A DNA stretch of 64,000 nucleotides from assembly GCA_028534125.1 (NCBI GenBank), contig CM052817.1, forward strand, positions 64,110,001 through 64,174,000. Reading direction: 5' to 3'. Source of the stretch: Lama glama (Eukaryota). A program made the position numbers and the translations under genes. Shown one piece after another: positions 52,420-64,000 of this stretch. Below the pieces are notes generated by a model. That model was not told the origin of the DNA. It saw only the letters and a list, made by a program, of their open reading frames with translations, and ran no database searches. How positions within the stretch are numbered: position 1 is the first letter of the stretch; every line of letters begins with the position of its first letter.

Positions 52420-55400
52420 CTGTCTTTGGGCAAAGAAATCTTAGGGGATACATCCTAGGAATAAGAGAGAACCAGCTTAAACAAACTATCCCATATAAAT
52501 AATTTTTCAAATACAGTGTCTAGCACATAATCAAAGAGGACCAGACACATGAGGAGACAAGACATTGTAAGCAAGAATCAGCACAAAGAACAGGCAACAT
52601 CAAATCTCCAGATACTAGAATTATTAGACATTGATTTGAAACAGGTATGCTTATTATGTTCAAAGAATTTTAAGCAACCTTCAAAATTTTAGAAAGAAAC
52701 TATAAAAAGTGACAAAGTAGATTTGAAAAAGAAACAATTAGAAATTCCTGAATTGAAAAATACCACAAAAGTTAAGAACCTAATGGATGAGTTTACCAAT
52801 GGGTTAAATATAGTTGAGTTTGAGAACCAGTGAGCTGGAAAATAGATTGGAAGGAAATCCAGAAAGAAATATAGAGAAAAAAAGAACCAGTATACATAAA
52901 AGAACATCAGAGGTACAGAGCATAAAGTGGGAAGGCCTCATATACATTTTTTGGGGTCCCAGAAAACGGGGAGGTTGGAGGGCAGAAGCAATGATTGAAG
53001 AAATTTTGGCAGAGCATTACCAGAAATTATGAAAGCTATCAAAGGTTCAAGAAACCCAATGAATTTAAAATATGATAAAAAGAAATATACATTTAGATAC
53101 ATATTGAAATTACCAAAAAAAAAAAAAAAACCAATGACAAAAATCTTAAAAGAGCCAGGAGAAAAACAGATTACCTGAAAAGAGGCAAAAGTTTGACAGC
53201 TGATTTCTCAACAGCAACAGTGGAAGCCAGATGACAAACATCTTGTATGTGCTGAAAGAAAATAAGTACCACCTAAAATTCTAAACCCAGTGAAAATACC
53301 CTTCAAGACTGAAAGCAAAATATATTTTCAGATTAAAAACTGAGAAAGTTCACCACTAATATACCCTCAGTAAAAGGAATTATAAAAGATGTTTGTTAGA
53401 TAAAAGAAAAATGATACCCTCCCCTTGCCCCCCTAAAAAAAAAGGAAACAGATTCCAGAGGGAAGGTTATAGATGCAAGGGAGGAGAAAGAGCAAAAAAC
53501 AAGTAAATATATAGGTAAATCTCATGGGCATTGAATGTATAAAATAATAAAAATAATTCGTGTTATGTTTAAAGTGTATAGGTATATAATATAAAATATA
53601 CCACAAAATGAGTATATAAATCTGGAGGGAAGTAAGAGTATTATCTGGAAGAAAGTACTATTAGGCTCTGATTAATAAGTGATTTTAATTTTTAAGGTGA
53701 ACCAAAATAATTTTTAAAACCAATGTGTAACTACCAAACTAATAGAAGGATTTCTGGGAAGATTTTTTTTTTACTGCCCCATCAATCCAAAATAATAGAA
53801 TAATGGAGAGATAAGGGGACATGGAGTAAGAGGTACAAATAGGACAGAAAAACTATACTAGATTTATGGTACAGTATTTCAGTAAGAACAATAAATGTAT
53901 ATGGCCTAAGTGCTTTAATTAAAAGACCAATTATCCACTGAATATTTAAAAACCAACTATACTTTAAACAAGCAACACTTCTTAAATATAAGGAGATTCT
54001 AAAGGTTGAGATTAAAAAGACTAAAAACAATACTATTCAAACCTAAAACAGGCTGAGGTAGTCATCTTAATGTCAGATAAAGTAGACTTTAATGTTAAAA
54101 GACTTGCTAGAGATAAAAAAAAGGTGACTTTATTGTGATGAAAAGTTCAATTCACCTGGAAGGTATAAAAAATTATTCATTATCCTAAAATATATAAAGC
54201 AAAAATATTCAGAACTATGAGGAGAAACAGACAAATTCACAAAAATCATGGGTGATTTTAATACCTTTCAGTAATTTATAGAACAAACATAAAAAAACAG
54301 GGATATAGAAAATGTGAGCAACGTGTAAGAAAATTGATTTAATGGACATTTTAGAACACTGCACCCAGCTTCAGAGCCCCTTCCTCTCAAGTACATATTA
54401 AGCATTTAGAAGATGTATACTTATTGTGGAAAAAGTTTCCACAAATTTCACAGGATTGCAGTCTTAGAGTATGAATTACGTAGTAACTAAACTAAAATCC
54501 ATATATGTATGTATGTATGTATTAAGAAATATGCTTCAGATGCCTCAGAGGTCAAAGAAGAATCATGGTGGAAATTAGAAGTTTTTTTTAAACAAATGAA
54601 AATACTATCTCAAACCTTATGTGATGCAGATAAAGTCATTTAGAAGGTTTCTGTTTTGTTTTGTTTTTTGTTTTGCTTTAAATGAATATATTAGAAAAGG
54701 AAAAAAGCTAAAATCAATGAACTCAGTAATAATTGCTGGAATTGAAGGGGGAAAAACATAAATTAAACCCAAAGAAAGTAGAAGGAAGGAAATATAAAGA
54801 ACTGAAATTAATAAAATAGAAAATACATAATGCAGTACAAGCCTATATTTGCTAATGTTGAATCTGAAAAGATGTCATAAAACTAGTAAATCCCTAGTAA
54901 GATTAATCAGGATAAAAAGAGAAGGCACAAATAACCAAAATCAAGAAAGCAGAAGTGAGCTGGAAAGAGAAAGAAAAATGCCATATGACATCTTTTATAT
55001 GAAGAATCTAAAAAATAATAACAATAATAATAATGACACAAATGAACTAATAATTATTTTGATTTCTTGAATATGTGTAAGCACATTGACTGTCCTTTAT
55101 GATTGGATTACCGCATTCTGTTGATTCTTATTTTGCAGTCGGCTTTATTCCTTTGATAACTATGTAAGTTTAAAAAGCTAAAGATCTGATCTCTCCTGAG
55201 AAATAATAACTAGTACATATATGAAAACTAAAAAAAAGTGCTGTGTACTAAATATATGTATTTACATGCAATATAATGTGTATGTGCAGCCGAACTGTAG
55301 TAATTCTACATAATAAACTGGGGAAAAAAAGAGGAAAAAAAAGAAAGCTGAGATCTCACTACAAATCTTACAGATGTTAGGAGAATATTATGAAAAATTG

Positions 55401-57885
55401 ATGCCAATACATTTTAAAGCAAGAAATAGAAAAGCTGAGTAATCTTAAATTGTTTCAGGGAATAGGAAAAGCAAATATGCTCACCAATTTGTTGTATGAG
55501 GCTAATAAAATACCAACAAAGACAATACAAGAATAAAAATTAAAGGTCAGTCTCACCATGAACGTAGATCCAAAATTCCCATAAACTTTTAGCAAACAAA
55601 ATCCAATAATATATTTAAAAATTAACTATCATACTAAATTGGATTTATTTTGGAAAAGTAAAGCAGTTCCAAATGCAATGAATATAGTTTATCACATTAA
55701 GACTTAGTAAAAGGAATCATGTAATCTTGTCATATTCAGAAAAAACATTTATTAAGGTTAACCATCCATCATAATTTTTAAAAACTCTTTGCAAACCAGC
55801 ACTGGAAGAAAATGAAAAGTATACATAACTAGAAGCCTGTAGAAAATGTCATACTCAGTAGTAATACAAAAAGCACTTCCTTTTAAGATTTGGGCATAAG
55901 AAGGGTCATCCCCATTTTCATTCCTTATTGTATTGTAGGAACTATCTGATGCATAAAGTAAAAAAGAAAGATAGACGAGATATAGGAAAGAAATAAATAT
56001 AACTAACATTATTCATAGGTGATATGATTGTGTTAAAAATCCAAAAGAATATAGGTAAGTTTTTTAAAATTAGAACTTGGTTGGGTTGCTAGCCAAAACA
56101 AATAAAAAATTTAAAAACTCAAAGCATTATATTTTTACATACAATCAAAACAGTTAAAAAATACATTTTAAAAAATACTTGTTTACCATGGTATAAAAAA
56201 TGGAATACTTAAGAATGGACTAATAAGACATGTATAAGATCTCTGGCAGAAAACTGTAGAAAATCATCAAGGCAAATTAAGGTCTAAATAAATTGAAAGC
56301 TGTATCACTTTCATAGATTGGAAACCTCAGTTTTGTAATGATGTTATATCTCCTCATACTGATCTGTAGACTCATTGCAGTTCTCACCAAAAGACCAAGA
56401 ATAGCGAAGATATTATGAAAGAGAACAAGACAGCAGAACTGGTTTTATGGCATAACAATAATAAAATTGTATTCTGATAGAAGTGTAGTATTTAAATGAC
56501 ACTGTGGTATTGGTTCAAAGATGGACAATAAGGCTAGTGGAACCGGATGGCTCAGAAACAAGTGGGTGTATTAATAAAGATGTTTATTTTATTAGAAAAA
56601 AAGATGTCACTGCGAAACTGTAGGGAAAGAACAGTCTTTAATAAGCAGTGCGGGGAATGGAAAAAAATACTACTGGACACACATACAAAGTCCCACTTTA
56701 CACTATATTAAAAATCTCATTTCAGATAGATTATTGACCTAAATGTGAAAGTTAAAACCAGAAAGATATCTTAAAACATGAGATCATTATGGCCTTGGAG
56801 TACAGAAAGTTTTCTTAAGTCATAGAAAGCTCTAACAATAAAGGGAAAATGGATAATTTGGTTATTTTAAAAGTAAAAACTTCCGTTCCTCAAGGGATAC
56901 CATTAAGAGTGAAAAGCGTGACGGTAGGTGAGAAGATACAACACATGTGACCATCAGAGGGCTCATGTGTACAATATAGTTTTTAAAAATCCCACAAATC
57001 ATTAAGAAAAAGTAGAAAACCCAGTGGGAAAATGTGCAAATTATTTGAGAAGGCACTTGACAAAAGATAAAATCCAAATGGCTGATAAGCACATACAGAT
57101 ATGCTCAGCTTATTAAAAATCAGGGAATGCAAAATAAGACCACAAAAAAATACCACTGTATTTCATCAGAAATTGATAATACCAATTGTTGATGAAGGCA
57201 TGGAACAGTGGAAACTCTTTAGGTGCTGGTGGGAGTATAAATTGGCACAGTTTGGAGGACAGTACTGAGTTGGAGACAGCCTGTTCCCTGTGATCCAACA
57301 ATTTCACTGTTAGGTGTGTACCCAGAAACAAGCACATGTGCACCAGGAGTCTTTACAAGAATGCTTATAACAGCATTATTTATAATAGCGAAAAATTGGA
57401 AACAACTCATACCCATTTACAGTAAGATAAATAAATCATAGTATATTCATATCATGGAAAAAAATAATACAGTTATGAGAAGGGATGAAGACAGCCATCA
57501 CCCAAGAGTGTAGATGAATCTTAGAAACATATTAAAAGGAAAAAGTCAGCACTGAAAAATACATATTATAAGATTACATTTGTGTAAAATTCAAGAAAAG
57601 CTAAAATTACACTGTAGTTTTTAGGAATGGTTGTTTGATGAAACAGTGAAAGTATGGATGTGATTACCATAAAAGTCAGGGTAGTGATTTGAAAGGGGTG
57701 AGGGAGGGATTTGTGATAGGAAAAATGAATGTATGAAGGGGCTTCCTTGTTGGCGATGAATTTCTTGATCTAAGTGGCAGTTACATGGTTATTTGCTTAA
57801 TAATAATTGATTAAGTGTAATGTATACTTAATGTATTTGTCTGCTTTTGTGGGATTTTTTTCATCATTTAGAAAAGTTTTTAAAA
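52420..57885 (+). mobile_element. Long degenerate old L1M (ORF1, ORF2 and 3' UTR remnants), sense to the gene
   Basis: ORF1-like segment ~52560-53400 (gctgatttctcaacagcaacagtggaagccaga), endonuclease region (tcagataaagtagacttt), later ORF2 motifs (cttgtcatattcagaaaaaacattt, gtggtattgg), ORF2 end ~57230-57500 and 3' UTR. Many stops and frameshifts. Confidence 0.8.
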
Positions 57886-57961
57886 TATGTATACATACGC
57901 AGTCATATACACATATATCTATATGTGTATGTATGTACATGTACATACATACATATATATG
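57885..57961. repeat. Purine-pyrimidine simple repeat (TATG/CATA/TA)
   Basis: atatgtatacatac...tatgtgtatgtatgtacatgtacatacatacatatatat. Confidence 0.8.
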
Positions 57962-59877
57962 CAAACAGTGGTGATAAAGATAGATGTCCTTTGGCAGAAT
58001 GGTATAGATAAATGTGTGCTGGGCTGTCTGCCTTGCTAATCCTTTTTAATATGGCAATTTAAGCCTCCCACAAATATGTGTGATTATAGTCCAAGTGTGA
58101 GAGGAGAGATCTGTAAACTTTAATTTTGACACATTTAAATTTTCTAAATGCCTTGGATCTTATTCTTTAGGGAGAAATTTATTTTTCATCTCATTTGGCG
58201 ATTTGGCCAAATAGGAAATTTTTATTGTGTACCTTGAGTCAATTTTATGCCAGAGAATGACCTGTAACCTTTCTTGCAGTATTTTATAATAGCAGGGTTT
58301 TTATTTTTTTATTTCTGTTTTCACCTTCACCACCTTCACTTCTGTTTTATAACTGTGCAGTGGATTGAATGATACCTGTAAAACTTTGTTTCTGAACTAT
58401 CCTTAGCATATCATCCTTGGTTTTCCTTATATGCAATGGAGAGTGATTCCAACATTTAAATTGGGATTTGTATAATTCAAGGTTTTTTGTATTTTTAAGG
58501 CTGTTTCATCGTGGCTTTCAATTCTAGTCGCCACACATTTCTAGTTCTATCATTCTGTAACCAAGGAAACGCCCTACTTTCAGCATGGCAGAGTGCAAGT
58601 GTACCTTTTAAAAAAAATATTCCAGGTTGACTATTCTGTGTATTCTGAAATAATATTCTAAAGAAGATCAGTAGTCCTGGTGATAGAAAGAAAAGCTGAA
58701 TTTTTACACATAAAAATTGTCCGAAAGAAAAAGTCTCAGGAATTAGATAACAAGCCTAAATTGTCATTGCTGTAGATGTGTGCATATACAGCTTAGGGAA
58801 ACCAAAAACTAAAATAAAATCCAACTTAAAAATAAAATTTAAATTAGAAATACATTGGCTACACAGAAATTTTTTAAGGTCAGTTGATCAGCATTTATCT
58901 TAAGCAGTATCAAATACACCCAAAACATTTAAGTAGGCCAATTTAGATTAAAATACAAAAGTGAATGAGGTAGAATATTTGGGGGAGACAGATACAGATG
59001 TGAATATAAAATCTGCAATGAAGTAAGTTCTATAATGAAAGAATATTTAAGATATTGAGGTGTAAACAATATTGATTTGATAGACGAGTAGAGTTTGCTA
59101 TGAAGATAATGTTTTTAAATATAATTGGGGTTTAAATTCTGTCTTTAAAATTCCTTAGTTATCCATCAGAAAACTTGGAAGTTATTTTTTCTTTCAACAT
59201 TTATTATGGGAATTTTAAAACCTGTTCAAATGTAGAAAGAATAATAGTATAATGAACCACCATGTAGCCATCACCAGAGAAAGCTTCAAATTAATGAAAA
59301 ACTGAAGCCCTTTTTTAAGACATGACTTTTCAGTTTCAGAAAGTTACAGATTAATTAACTGCCCTTAAAAGATAACATTCACGCAAATATGAATATACAT
59401 ACTTGTGATAAACTTTGAAATTTACTCAAAGCTCTTTTCAGTAACTTTGTATTCAACAACTTTCTATAATTTTGTAAACTCTGTTAACTGGATATATTTT
59501 AACTTTATGTAACAGGTATGTGTGTTTTATTTTAAACAGTTTCAGATATTTTATATATTGTCTTTTAAACATAAGGGTACTATCTAGAAAAACATCAGAG
59601 TGATGTTACTTGCCTTCAGAGCTGAGAATCAATTTGTTTAGGTGCTGCCAGACATTGTGAAAGGTGACATAATTTCAAATGGAAAAATGAAGTAAAGCTT
59701 TGTGTATTTAAGCTGCAGTGTCAGATATTTCCTTTTCAAACTCAAATTTTCAAAGGTGTGTTATCTAAATCATGCACTTTCTTGGTGTTTTATAATTCTT
59801 CACTATGAATCATTTGCTTATACTAGAACTCCTGTTTCATCTCAAATTCTGTTTATTTTATTCACCTTATTCTTTAG

Positions 59878-60021
59878 ATGCTATTAAACTACAGCTGGTT
59901 GAAGCAGGCCTGGTAGAATGTCTACTAGAGATTGTTCAGCAGAAAGTGGATAGTGACAAAGAAGAAGATATTGCTGAGCTCAAAACAGCTTCAGATCTAA
60001 TGGTTTTATTACTTCTTGGAG
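59878..60021 (+). CDS. RAP1GDS1: RAP1GDS1 exon 8 equivalent, 144 nt
   Basis: Acceptor ttctttag|AT, donor GGAG|gtgagc. Encodes (D)AIKLQLVEAGLVECLLEIVQQKVDSDKEEDIAELKTASDLMVLLLLG. Confidence 0.97.
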
Positions 60022-60475
60022 GTGAGCTGTAATTTATGCTGACCAAAGAACATGGTTGTCATTTTTTTTTTAATTTATTGTCTCTTTTATAAATACGGTA
60101 TTAGGCATTTTCTCATTTTACTATCACATTTAATCCCGTTGATATGATGATTTTGAAATCGTAAACACATCAGGAAGAGAACTAGGGATAATGAACCTGG
60201 AAAAGAGTAAATCTTCCAATATTTAAAGAGTTGTCATATAGAAGAGGACTTCGGCACCAAAGGACTATAAATAAGCTAGCTAGATGGCTACCTGGGGCTT
60301 AGACTAAACTCTTTTGTCCAGTCTCTTCTAAAAGTTTATTATAAAAAAAGTAATTACTTTTCCCTCTATGAATTATAGATTATACAGTATGTAATTTCCC
60401 AATTGGATCTTCAGTTAGGAATATGGATGTGTTACCCCTAATGATTTTCCTTATATCTGTTTGATTTACCTCCAG

Positions 60476-60607
60476 ATGAATCCATGCAGAAATTATTTGA
60501 AGGAGGAAAAGGTAATGTGTTTCAAAAGGTACTGTCTTGGATTCCATCAAACAACCACCAGCTACAGCTTGCTGGAGCACTGGCAATTGCAAATTTTGCC
60601 AGAAATG
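60476..60607 (+). CDS. RAP1GDS1: RAP1GDS1 exon 9 equivalent, 132 nt
   Basis: Acceptor tacctccag|AT, donor AATG|gtaagc. Encodes (D)ESMQKLFEGGKGNVFQKVLSWIPSNNHQLQLAGALAIANFARN. Confidence 0.97.
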
Positions 60608-61768
60608 GTAAGCGTGTCAGTTCAACCTTATTAAATCAGACATTCTATATTTTTAATTTTTGCTTTGCCATAACCTGGAACAGTTCAGAAGTGTACATAG
60701 TATTTGTGTGTGCTGCTAGCTTGATTTTTCAGTAATCTGGAGTACTTACAGTAACTTTCCACACAAATTACTTACTTAATGCAGTTCAACTAAGTTCTGA
60801 TAGTTTAAAGGTCATGAACAGTGATCATGAATTCAGGCCTTCTGAGTGCTCTGTCTTCAGAGATTAGTAAACTTGGGTCTCATTCTAACATACATCTGAT
60901 CTGGGAGGATATGCTCTTTTGCTTGATGATTTTATTTTGGATTTAATAATCTGAGTAGTCTTTGTACAGTTACTGTGCCTCAATTTATACTTTTATGCCT
61001 ACAAAATTTAAGTGTGGGTATCCTCCGATTTAGGACCGCATATTTACTTAAATAATATTTCAGAGTCACCAGGCCTCCGTGTATATTTCTTAAGTCTGAC
61101 ACTTCTGCTATTCATTCTAGAAACCTAACACTGTGTCTAGGAAATATGGGTTGTTTTGGTTTTTATTTGGTTTTATTTGAATATGAACTGTTGTTAAAGC
61201 ATGTTATTCCATTATTCCTTCCTTCCTTTTGGGGACCATCATTAACCCCTCAATGATGAAATAAAGACTGGCAAAATATTGATAATTATTGAAGCTAAAT
61301 GTAAGGTAAATAGTAGTTCATTATAATAATCTCTCTGTTTTATAAATGTTCCAAAAATTCTGTCTTTAAAAAAACAATTTAAATACCAGCCATGATAGCA
61401 AAATGTAGAGTACTGTCACTGTAACGTTGGCAGAACGCTGGCACACTTCACTATAAATGGAAACCGTTGCAGGATGTGTTAAGCATGTGGTTTCTACTTA
61501 CTTATCTTCTGATATATTATCAGGATCTCAGCTAGAGATGTTTTTGGCCAATTTTCAGATTTTTAAAAAAATGTTATCTGTATTAAGAATCTTATAATCA
61601 GACTTCTTACTCAGTAAACAAACAAAACAAATCTATAAATCTGACAGGAGAAAGAGATGGAATTCATTTTATTTCCCTAATGTAGTTAATGGGCAGGCAT
61701 CCATATTAAAAAATATATAGAGAGATTTGTAAAGAGGGAAAAAAGTATTTTTTGTTGTTGTTGTTCAG

Positions 61769-61903
61769 ATGGAAATTGCATCCATATGGTAGACAATGGA
61801 ATTGTAGAAAAACTTATGGATTTACTGGACAGACATGTAGAAGATGGAAACGTAACTGTACAGCATGCAGCACTAAGTGCCCTCAGGAACCTAGCCATTC
61901 CAG
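61769..61903 (+). CDS. RAP1GDS1: RAP1GDS1 exon 10 equivalent, 135 nt
   Basis: Acceptor ttgttcag|AT, donor CCAG|gtaaga. Encodes (D)GNCIHMVDNGIVEKLMDLLDRHVEDGNVTVQHAALSALRNLAIP. Confidence 0.97.
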
Positions 61904-62858
61904 GTAAGAGTTAAGAATGGGAGGCAGCTATGTAAGAAAAAAATCTGTTGTTCTGGGAAGTTATTTACTTTATGTTTGTGGACCTGCCCTGAACAAGAAA
62001 AGAAGAATCAGATGGAGATTTTTTGTTAAATAAATTTTCTGAGACTATACAGGTATAATCTTTGTTCAGATCATTCAAATATTTTATTACCTTTTGTGAA
62101 TGCCTAGATTTTCATCATATTGTATATTTAAGCTTTTTCAAGCATCTTCAGTTGAGGTAAGATAATGGTATCAGTTAACAGAGTCCCATAAAGAATGACT
62201 TTTAAAGATTTTTTTTTCCCCACCAGCAGACGTACACTGTTTTAAAATAGCCCCAATGTGTCTTTTTGGATTACAAGGCTTTTCAATCATATCATCATGG
62301 GAAATAACATAGGATATAGTCAAAACTATTCATTATTCTACTTTCTAAAGATAAATTTCTGATTAGGTGAAATAGTATACACTATATGAAAATGAAATCT
62401 GTAGGAAATCAGTTTGGTTCATGTAGCAGATTAGTATTATTTATTAATGTCTGTAGTCTCTGTTAACACAGTTGGGGCAAGGACAGAGGTAAAAAAAAAA
62501 CGTTTATTTAAGTTGAGGAATTGTGCTTTTTGTAAATAAGAAGGCAACATTGTCAGATTTCCTTACTTGTTTTATGATTAGATTTAAAAGCCGGTAAGTG
62601 TAATTTTGTATGTAGTGCTCCTGTAGACAAACAGGATACTTACCCCTGGTCCTCCCACCCCAATCCCATTCTTAAAATTTACAGAAAAGTAACAAGATTG
62701 GTTTTAAATAGAAAAATACAACATGAGGCCTTGATGATAATAAGACATTCAGTAAATGTGTATTAAATTGAATGATTATATCAATATAATTATATATTAT
62801 ATCAATGGTATTAGAATGCTAATACCATTTTAACCACGGTCTTTCTCTCTCTCTCCAG

Positions 62859-62984
62859 TTGTAAATAAAGCAAAGATGTTATCAGCTGGAGTCACAGAGG
62901 CAGTTTTGAAATTCCTTAAATCTGAAATGCCGCCGGTTCAGTTCAAACTTCTGGGAACACTGAGAATGTTAATAGATGCACAAG
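62859..62984 (+). CDS. RAP1GDS1: RAP1GDS1 exon 11 equivalent, 126 nt
   Basis: Acceptor ctctctccag|TT, donor CAAG|gtaaac. Encodes (V)VNKAKMLSAGVTEAVLKFLKSEMPPVQFKLLGTLRMLIDAQ. The gene continues beyond the window. Confidence 0.97.
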
Positions 62985-63100
62985 GTAAACGAAATGCTTT
63001 CCCAAGGTGCATTTTTGGTATAATAGTTTTAATGTGCCTCTAGTTGAAAAAAGATTTGTTTTTAGCTTTCAGAATTATGTGATCATAAAGATAAGTAGCT

Positions 63101-63204
63101 GGGGGTCAGGTATAGCTCAGTGGTAGAGTGCATGCTTAATATGCATGAGGTCCTGGGTTCAGTCCCCGGTACCTCCATTTAATTAATTAATTAATTAAAC
63201 CTAA
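63101..63204 (+). mobile_element. tRNA-derived short SINE, camelid Vic-1-like
   Basis: gggggtcaggtatagctcagtggtagagtgcatgcttaatatgcatgaggtcctgggttcagtccccggtacctcc with A box TAGCTCAGTGG, B box GGTTCAGTCC and a (TTAA)n tail. Family name is from memory. Confidence 0.8.
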
Positions 63205-63704
63205 NNNNNNNNNNNNNNNNNNNNNNNNNNNNNNNNNNNNNNNNNNNNNNNNNNNNNNNNNNNNNNNNNNNNNNNNNNNNNNNNNNNNNNNNNNNNNNNN
63301 NNNNNNNNNNNNNNNNNNNNNNNNNNNNNNNNNNNNNNNNNNNNNNNNNNNNNNNNNNNNNNNNNNNNNNNNNNNNNNNNNNNNNNNNNNNNNNNNNNNN
63401 NNNNNNNNNNNNNNNNNNNNNNNNNNNNNNNNNNNNNNNNNNNNNNNNNNNNNNNNNNNNNNNNNNNNNNNNNNNNNNNNNNNNNNNNNNNNNNNNNNNN
63501 NNNNNNNNNNNNNNNNNNNNNNNNNNNNNNNNNNNNNNNNNNNNNNNNNNNNNNNNNNNNNNNNNNNNNNNNNNNNNNNNNNNNNNNNNNNNNNNNNNNN
63601 NNNNNNNNNNNNNNNNNNNNNNNNNNNNNNNNNNNNNNNNNNNNNNNNNNNNNNNNNNNNNNNNNNNNNNNNNNNNNNNNNNNNNNNNNNNNNNNNNNNN
63701 NNNN
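63205..63704. other. Assembly gap (500 N)
   Basis: Run of N between a SINE tail and a young L1. Confidence 0.99.
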
Positions 63705-64000
63705 GCTGCAAATGGCGTTATGTTGTTATCTTTATGGCTGAATAATATTCCATAGTATAAATATACCACATCTTCTTTATCCAGTCATCTGTTGATGGAC
63801 ATTTAGGCTGTTTCCATGTCTTGGCTATTGTAAATAGTGCTGCTATGAACATTGGAGTGCAGGTGTCTTTTTGAAGTAGGGTTCCTTCTAGATATATGCC
63901 CAGGAGCGGGATTTCTGGGTTATATGGTAAGTCTATTCCTAGTCTTTTGAGGAATCTCCATACTGTTTTCCACAGTGGCTGCACTAAACTGCATTCCCAC
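63705..64000 (-). mobile_element. Young L1 ORF2 C-terminal region (truncated by gap and window end)
   Basis: Open reading [76 protein letters not shown] is canonical L1 ORF2 end. Confidence 0.95.

Noticed and set aside
532..59887. The many 60-124 aa intronic ORFs, often F/L/I-rich
   Set aside because: Composition is what AT-rich intron and decayed L1/L2/LTR sequence give by chance, and many start at TTG/GTG. No recognisable domains apart from L1 ORF2 remnants.
63101..63176. tRNA gene (A and B boxes, tRNA-like length)
   Set aside because: The acceptor stem is imperfect, there is a simple-repeat tail and a second diverged copy with a TSD exists at 12781, so it is a SINE.
63187..63769. 174-aa and 192-aa ORFs
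   Set aside because: They are read-through of the 500-N assembly gap.

Overview
This is AT-rich, CpG-poor mammalian genomic DNA lying inside one + strand gene, RAP1GDS1 (SmgGDS, the armadillo-repeat chaperone/atypical GEF for polybasic small GTPases). Nine internal coding exons are present (human numbering 3-11, recalled; 1188 nt, 396 codons). All are AG/GT-bounded, phase 1-1 and multiples of 3, including the 147-nt exon 5 that distinguishes SmgGDS-607 from SmgGDS-558. The introns hold ancient repeats (L1M, L2, MIR, MLT1, hAT MERs), younger L1s and two short tRNA-derived SINEs resembling camelid Vic-1, so the host is probably a camelid. A 500-N gap sits at 63205-63704. Most ORF-track entries are spurious. 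The most interesting unexplained signal is in intron 5: a candidate poison exon and 102-nt mini-intron (42883-43056) whose 5' splice sites are collinearly complementary, with several G-U-compatible differences, to a segment 2 kb downstream (44982-45100). This suggests a long-range RNA-structure splicing switch. A separate ~220-bp near-perfect inverted duplication lies 2.8 kb upstream of exon 5. Repeat family names come from recognition by eye and their boundaries are approximate.
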